From: a virus | Strand: one strand, 5' to 3' | Virus record (IMG/VR): IMGVR_UViG_3300022752_003244 | Location: 6,047 to 70,046 of that record | Length of the DNA: 64,000 bases | Shown: piece after piece, positions 58,639 to 64,000 of the stretch | Numbering within the stretch: position 1 is the stretch's first letter | Layout of the letters: each line of letters begins with the position of its first letter | Position numbers and translations under genes: made by a program | The notes under the pieces: model-generated | Database searches by the model: none | What the model was told of the DNA's origin: nothing | Seen by the model: only the letters and a program-made list of their open reading frames with translations

Positions 58639-59631
58639 GTGAAAACATTTTTAATTGACGGAAACAATCTCTACAAAATCGGATATGAGGGGGTTAGGGA
58701 TTTATTCTCAGGTAATAATCATATCGGAGGAATATACCATTTCATTAATACAATACGGAAGTTCTTAGAAGAACAGAATTACGACAAGGTAATCGTTTGT
58801 TGGGATAGTGAGACCAATACATCGGTTAGAAAAGAGATATACCCCAACTATAAGGGTCAAAGAAGAAACGAGATGAGTGAAGACCAAGAGGAGTCCTACC
58901 TACACCAAAGACGACGTGTAAAACAATATTTGGAAGAAGTATTTGTAAGACAATTAGAAGTTCCCCATAATGAGGCTGACGATTTAATAGCACAATATTG
59001 TAAGATTGCATTAGATGAGAATATAACCATATTCTCAGGAGACAAGGACTTTACACAGCTCATATCAGAAAGAGTCCAAATTTACTACCCTATTAAGAAA
59101 GAATACTATAAATTAGGTGATATGATATCACTTGATAAAGTTAATATTCCCCATCAAAATGTGTTATTAACAAAAGTTTTTGTTGGTGACAAGTCGGATA
59201 ATATATCCGGTATTGATGGACTTGGTGTAAAAACTTTGGTTAAGTTATTCCCTATGTTACAGGAGAAATCATGCACTATCACTGAAATTTTGGATAATGC
59301 ACGAATTATCGGGCAGGAAAAGAAAGTTCCAAAAATTATTGGCAAAATTTTGACTGGTGAATCAAAAAATGGTATACTTGGTGAAGAGTTTTACAATACG
59401 AATTTAAAGATTGTGGATTTGGGAAATCCATTAATTACAGATGAGGCGAAAGTATTGGTAGAAGAAGTTTATAAAGAAAAGATTGACCCCACGGATAGGG
59501 GGTATAAAAATCTAATGAAGATGATGATGGAGGACGGATTGTTTAAGTATTTGCCGAAAGACGACAATGCTTGGATTAATTTCCTAAAACCATTTTTAAA
59601 ATTAACAAGAAAGGAAAAAAGAAAGTTATGA
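58639..59631 (+). CDS. 5'-3' exonuclease / flap endonuclease (T4 RNase H-like)
   Basis: LIDGNN, WD...R..IYPNYKGQR, EADD, SGDKD, GDKSDNISGIDGLG.KT. Confidence 0.92.
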   Translation: MKTFLIDGNNLYKIGYEGVRDLFSGNNHIGGIYHFINTIRKFLEEQNYDKVIVCWDSETNTSVRKEIYPNYKGQRRNEMSEDQEESYLHQRRRVKQYLEEVFVRQLEVPHNEADDLIAQYCKIALDENITIFSGDKDFTQLISERVQIYYPIKKEYYKLGDMISLDKVNIPHQNVLLTKVFVGDKSDNISGIDGLGVKTLVKLFPMLQEKSCTITEILDNARIIGQEKKVPKIIGKILTGESKNGILGEEFYNTNLKIVDLGNPLITDEAKVLVEEVYKEKIDPTDRGYKNLMKMMMEDGLFKYLPKDDNAWINFLKPFLKLTRKEKRKL

Positions 59632-59792
59632 AAACATTTAAGAGAATTGGTAACGATTGTATTTTAGTTGAAGGAGTTTATTACTCAACTAATCTCACAA
59701 AAAAAACAGAGATACTCTCACCCGAAGGATATAAAATAGATTCAATTAGAATTAATTGTGTGTTTTATTATCCATATAAAATAGAAAATTAA
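59628..59792 (+). CDS. small hypothetical protein (54 aa)
   Basis: ATGA overlap with the upstream stop; MKTFKRIGNDCILVEG...; fills the gap; below the track cutoff. Confidence 0.5.
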   Translation: MKTFKRIGNDCILVEGVYYSTNLTKKTEILSPEGYKIDSIRINCVFYYPYKIEN

Positions 59793-59808
59793 CCAAAAAA
59801 ATAGAAAA

Positions 59809-60258
59809 ATGAAAGAACAGGAAATTACAAAACTTGAATTCCTTTTGACTTTGAATGACAACATTATCGTCCAAAGATTTTTTAACGTCAAAGGATTCAA
59901 TCCAAAGGCAAGAAATTCTTACGAAATGTATGATTTCATTAATTATGTTAAGGATATCCTTAGTTATGACTTGAAGATGAAAACGGTTATCTATATGATG
60001 GATAACAAAGATGCGATAATGCATGACCCAACTGTGATGAGTACTTCATATACAGATGATACGGAATATTTTAACTTATATGTTAAGTTGGGAGAACAGA
60101 CAATTTGTCACAGAATTTTTGACGGAAAATTGTTTCCACCGAAAGTTCGTTATACGGTGGACGTAAGACCATTCTTAAAAGAAATCTTGAGAGGATTCAC
60201 TGACATCTTTTCAGATTACAGATTATCTTACGAATATTTGGATTATCAGTTGGCTTAA
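59809..60258 (+). CDS. hypothetical protein
   Basis: 149-aa ORF between exonuclease and helicase. Confidence 0.7.
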   Translation: MKEQEITKLEFLLTLNDNIIVQRFFNVKGFNPKARNSYEMYDFINYVKDILSYDLKMKTVIYMMDNKDAIMHDPTVMSTSYTDDTEYFNLYVKLGEQTICHRIFDGKLFPPKVRYTVDVRPFLKEILRGFTDIFSDYRLSYEYLDYQLA

Positions 60259-60299
60259 AAGATATTTATCATTAAAAGGGGTTTACCCGAACAAATACT

Positions 60300-61682
60300 A
60301 TGAAGAAAAATTTTGACTATTTAGGGAACACATTTCAGATACAATTACTTAATCAGTTAATTGTAGACAAGAACTTTTCAAGTACTATAATTGATGTCCT
60401 TGATGGTAACTATTTCGACAACAAGTATTTCAAAATTATTAGCCAACTTACAAAAGAGTATTATAAGAAATACGAATCAACACCTTCATTTGATACGTTA
60501 GAACAATTAGTCAAGTCAGAGATATCACAAGAATTGGTGCAGAAGATTGTTTTGGATACACTAAAACAAGTACAAGACGCACCTTTTGAAGGGACACTAT
60601 TCGTCCAAGAAAAAGCGTTAAAATTCTGTAAACAACAAGAGTTGCAGAAAGCAATGGAGAAAGCTCAAAAAATAATTACTGAAGGTGACTTTGAATCTTA
60701 CGACAAAGTTGAAGGGTTGGTTAGGGATGCCTTACAAGTGGGACAAACCGATACGGGAATTACTGATATCTTCTCAGGACTTGATACAGTACTTGAGGAG
60801 GATTACAGACATCCAATTCCTATGGGAATTCCCGGTATTGATAAACTACTTAAGGGTGGACTTGCGAAGGGTGAGATAGGTGTTATATTGGCTCCTACGG
60901 GGGTTGGTAAAACAACTATCTTAACCAAAATCGCAAATACTGCTTACAACTTGGGATATAATGTTTTACAAATATTTTTTGAGGACAATCCAAAGATAGT
61001 ACAAAGAAAACACTTTACCTTATGGACGGGTATTGAGCCGGATAATCTTAACAAACACAAAGAAACAGTTCTTGCAAAAGTTGAAGAGATTAAAAGTTCA
61101 ATGGATAACAGATTGGTTTTACAGAAATTGGCTTCAGACACTTATACTATGTCTCAAATAAAGAATATGGTAAGAAAGATGATTGCTGACGGAAACAAGA
61201 TTGATTTGATTATGTTGGACTACATTGATTGTGTTACACCGGAATCAACCAGTAAAGATGAGTGGAAAGCGGAAGGTTCGGTTATGAGAGGATTTGAGGC
61301 GATGTGTCACGAACTTGATTTGGTTGGATGGACGGCAACACAAGGTAATAGAAGTTCAATCTCATCCGATGTTGTTACGACAGACCAAATGGGTGGGTCA
61401 ATCAAGAAAGCTCAAGTCGGTCACGTAATCATATCAATTGCTAAAAGTTTACAACAAAAGGAAATGAACTTAGCAACAATTGCGATAACAAAATCAAGAT
61501 TGGGTAAAGATGGTGTGGTATTTGAGAATTGTAAGTTTAATAATGAATTACTTGAAATAGATATAGATACCTCAGTAACATTCTTAGGATTTGAAGAACA
61601 ACAAGAAGAAAGAAAAAAAGACAGAGTTAAAGAATTGATGGAGAAAAGGAAACAACGAGAACAAAATACTCAAAATATTTAG
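60300..61682 (+). CDS. replicative DNA helicase (DnaB / T4 gp41-like)
   Basis: APTGVGKT Walker A, IMLDYID Walker B, WTATQGNR, KSRLG. Confidence 0.92.
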   Translation: MKKNFDYLGNTFQIQLLNQLIVDKNFSSTIIDVLDGNYFDNKYFKIISQLTKEYYKKYESTPSFDTLEQLVKSEISQELVQKIVLDTLKQVQDAPFEGTLFVQEKALKFCKQQELQKAMEKAQKIITEGDFESYDKVEGLVRDALQVGQTDTGITDIFSGLDTVLEEDYRHPIPMGIPGIDKLLKGGLAKGEIGVILAPTGVGKTTILTKIANTAYNLGYNVLQIFFEDNPKIVQRKHFTLWTGIEPDNLNKHKETVLAKVEEIKSSMDNRLVLQKLASDTYTMSQIKNMVRKMIADGNKIDLIMLDYIDCVTPESTSKDEWKAEGSVMRGFEAMCHELDLVGWTATQGNRSSISSDVVTTDQMGGSIKKAQVGHVIISIAKSLQQKEMNLATIAITKSRLGKDGVVFENCKFNNELLEIDIDTSVTFLGFEEQQEERKKDRVKELMEKRKQREQNTQNI

Positions 61683-61808
61683 TAATTAAATATCTACTTT
61701 TTCACAAAAAAACTTTATTTTTTTTACCAAATTATGAGCCGCAAACCAAGCGGCTCACTATTTAATATTAAAATCACCAATTTTTTATAAAAAACAAAAA
61801 GAATTAAA

Positions 61809-63662
61809 ATGGAAATTTCAAACAGAATTCTCAGTGAAATCACGGTATACATGAAGTATTCAAAATACCAACCTGAGTTAAAAAGAAGAGAAACTTGGTA
61901 CGAATTAGTAACAAGAAACATGGAGATGCATATCAAATCGTATCCCCATTTAGAACAAGAAATAAGAGACAATTATCAGTTTGTTTATAATAAACAAGTA
62001 TTGCCATCTATGAGGTCAATGCAGTTTGCGGGAAAACCAATTGAGATTTCACCAAACAGAATTTATAATTGTGCGTATGCTCCGGTTGATGATTGGAGAG
62101 TATTCTCAGAGATTATGTTCTTGTTACTTGGTGGAACGGGTGTTGGTTATTCAGTTCAAAAACATCACGTAGAGTTCTTACCTGAAATTAGAAAGCCAAA
62201 CGAAAGAACAAGAAGATGGTTGGTTGCCGATTCAATTGAAGGATGGGCCGACGCAGTTAAAGTATTGGTTAAATCATACTTCTTCGGAGGTTCAAAGATT
62301 GAGTTTGATTTTAGTGACATCAGAGCAAAAGGTGCGAGATTGGTTACATCAGGTGGTAAAGCACCCGGTCCTCAACCACTTAAAGAGTGTTTGATTAAAC
62401 TTGAAGGTATTTTAGATGCTAAACAAGATGGAGACAAGTTAAGGTCAATTGAGGTTCACGATATGGTTTGTCATATTGCTGACGCCGTCCTTGCCGGAGG
62501 AATTCGTAGAGCGGCACTTATCTCCTTATTCTCGGCAACAGACGATGAAATGATTAGTTGTAAGTCAGGGGCTTGGTGGGAAACAAATCCACAAAGAGGA
62601 AGAGCAAACAACTCAGCGGCACTTGTAAGACACAAGATTACCAAAGATTACTTTATGGAACTTTGGAAAAGAATTGAGGCGAGTGGTGCGGGTGAACCGG
62701 GAATCTACTTTACAAATGATAAAGATTGGGGAACTAATCCTTGTTGTGAGATTGCACTTCGTCCATTCCAATTTTGTAACCTTTGCGAGGTTAACGTTTC
62801 AAATGTTGTTAATCAAGAAGATTTTGAATCAAGAATCAAGGTTGCAACGTTCATTGGAACACTTCAAGCGGGATACACAAACTTCCATTATCTTAGACCA
62901 ATTTGGCAAAGAACAACTGAAAAAGACGCACTTATCGGTGTATCAATGACGGGTATTGGTTCAGGTGCGGTATTAGGTTTAGATATGAAAGCGGGTGCGA
63001 AAATTGTTAAAGTTGAGAATGAAAGAGTTGCGGGGTTATTAGGTATTAATAAGTCGGCAAGAACAACCACGGTTAAACCTGCGGGAACAACTTCATTAAC
63101 ACTTGGAACATCATCAGGTATTCACGCTTGGCACAATGACTACTACATTCGTAGAGTTAGAGTTGGAAAGAATGAGGCGATTTACACTTATTTAAGAGAC
63201 AATCACCCTGAACTAATTGAAGATGAGTACTTCCGTCCACACGACACTGCGGTTATTGGTATTCCACAAAAAGCACCGGAAGGGTCTATTTTGAGAAACG
63301 AATCACCAATCCAATTATTGGAGAGAGTTAAAAAAGTTCACACAGAATGGATTAAACCGGGACACAGAACAGGAAGTAATTCTCATAATGTGTCGGCAAC
63401 AATTTCGGTTAGAGAACACGAATGGCCAGCTGTTGGTGAATGGATGTGGGAAAACAGGGACTACTACAATGGACTTTCTGTATTACCGTTTGACGGAGGA
63501 AGTTACATACAGGCACCTTTTACCGATTGTACTAAGGAAGAATATGAAAAACTAATGGAAACATTAAAAGATGTTGATTTATCTAACATTGTTGAAATGG
63601 ATGATGATACAAATTTGAGTGGAGAAATTGCTTGTAGCGGTTCTGGATGTGCTTTAGTATAA
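61809..63662 (+). CDS. nrdJ: class II (B12-dependent, monomeric-type) ribonucleotide reductase
   Basis: LPSMRS, YNC, GTGVG, GGIRRAA, GTNPCCEI, TTVKPAGT, C-terminal CxxxxC; compact, no ATP cone. Confidence 0.88.
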   Translation: MEISNRILSEITVYMKYSKYQPELKRRETWYELVTRNMEMHIKSYPHLEQEIRDNYQFVYNKQVLPSMRSMQFAGKPIEISPNRIYNCAYAPVDDWRVFSEIMFLLLGGTGVGYSVQKHHVEFLPEIRKPNERTRRWLVADSIEGWADAVKVLVKSYFFGGSKIEFDFSDIRAKGARLVTSGGKAPGPQPLKECLIKLEGILDAKQDGDKLRSIEVHDMVCHIADAVLAGGIRRAALISLFSATDDEMISCKSGAWWETNPQRGRANNSAALVRHKITKDYFMELWKRIEASGAGEPGIYFTNDKDWGTNPCCEIALRPFQFCNLCEVNVSNVVNQEDFESRIKVATFIGTLQAGYTNFHYLRPIWQRTTEKDALIGVSMTGIGSGAVLGLDMKAGAKIVKVENERVAGLLGINKSARTTTVKPAGTTSLTLGTSSGIHAWHNDYYIRRVRVGKNEAIYTYLRDNHPELIEDEYFRPHDTAVIGIPQKAPEGSILRNESPIQLLERVKKVHTEWIKPGHRTGSNSHNVSATISVREHEWPAVGEWMWENRDYYNGLSVLPFDGGSYIQAPFTDCTKEEYEKLMETLKDVDLSNIVEMDDDTNLSGEIACSGSGCALV

Positions 63663-63679
63663 TGTTGTATATAAAATTA

Positions 63680-63717
63680 ATAATAAAGGAGGAATATTTT
63701 CCTCCTTTATTATTTTT
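63680..63717 (+). terminator. Rho-independent terminator
   Basis: ATAATAAAGGAGGAA / TTCCTCCTTTATTAT plus T-run. Confidence 0.75.
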
Positions 63718-63756
63718 CACACATTATTACATATTTATAATAAACAAGTGTGAAAT

Positions 63757-64000
63757 ATGAAAAAAATAAATATGTTAAATAAAAAATTTGGCAAACTAAC
63801 TGTGATTGATGAATGTGACAAAAACAAGAACGGTCATATAAAATATCTTTGTAGATGTGAATGTGGGATAGAGAAAAAAATATTTGGAACACACCTAAGA
63901 GAAGGGAAAATAGTTTCTTGTGGATGTAAAAACAAAGTTTGCGGTATAACGGGAAATATGTGGTATAAAATAACAAGTATGAAAGTTCACAATAGAATCA
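63757..64000 (+). CDS. putative HNH/AP2-type homing endonuclease (N-terminal part; runs off window)
   Basis: Hand-translated MKKINMLNKKFGKLTV...YLCRCECG...SCGC Zn module; TATTTAT at 63732. Confidence 0.65.
   Translation, partial: MKKINMLNKKFGKLTVIDECDKNKNGHIKYLCRCECGIEKKIFGTHLREGKIVSCGCKNKVCGITGNMWYKITSMKVHNRI

Noticed and set aside
61683-61808. Cobalamin riboswitch or NrdR box before nrdJ
   Set aside because: The region is too short and AT-rich, with no B12-box or NrdR consensus
23931-63662. Inteins or introns in polB, helicases, RecA or nrdJ
   Set aside because: Lengths are ordinary, motifs are contiguous, and no intein (C...HN/C) or LAGLIDADG signatures were seen
227-63976. Many 60-170 aa antisense or alternate-frame ORFs in the track (e.g. 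3520..3789, 14923..15390, 52860..53384, 63710..63976)
   Set aside because: They overlap well-supported genes and reflect codon-bias shadows; no promoter or start context and no recognisable motifs
1-64000. Stop-codon reassignment as in some jumbo phages
   Set aside because: Long genes are intact under code 11, and TAG/TGA serve as normal stops (e.g. 23834, 61682, 26699)
1-64000. tRNA or rRNA genes
   Set aside because: No cloverleaf or T-loop (GTTCRA) context found by eye in the short intergenic regions; tRNAscan-SE would confirm

Overview
This 64 kb AT-rich, gene-dense window (standard code 11) comes from a large myovirus-type (jumbo, far-T4-like) dsDNA phage. The host is probably Bacteroidota, inferred from the absence of Shine-Dalgarno sites and from TTTG-N19-TAnnTTTG promoters. 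The left end holds an exonuclease fragment, a GT-B glycosyltransferase, a stand-alone WYL protein and hypothetical genes on the minus strand. A fibre/adhesin block follows: a Cys-rich protein with a mucin-like Pro/Thr stalk, a 1589-aa Ser/Thr/Gly repeat fibre and three tandem Gly-rich paralogs. Next come a five-gene glycosylation cluster led by a GT60-like enzyme, a family-B DNA polymerase, neck/head-completion genes and a SNF2 helicase. The contractile tail module (sheath, tube, chaperone, tape measure, giant baseplate proteins) is followed by a replication block (SSB, RecA/UvsX, 5'-3' exonuclease, DnaB-like helicase, class II RNR) and the start of a putative homing endonuclease. The main candidates for novelty are: (1) a possible mucin-type virion O-glycosylation system (GT60 plus PT-repeat substrates); (2) a +1 frameshift at UUU_UUU_CGC in the tail chaperone; (3) an oriented TATTTAT promoter motif, the reverse complement of the T4 late promoter, lying exactly 4 nt before six start codons; (4) an unannotated structured small RNA with its own promoter and terminator; (5) a circularly permuted P-domain inserted in a virion protein. 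All product calls come from motif recognition by eye; no database searches were run.
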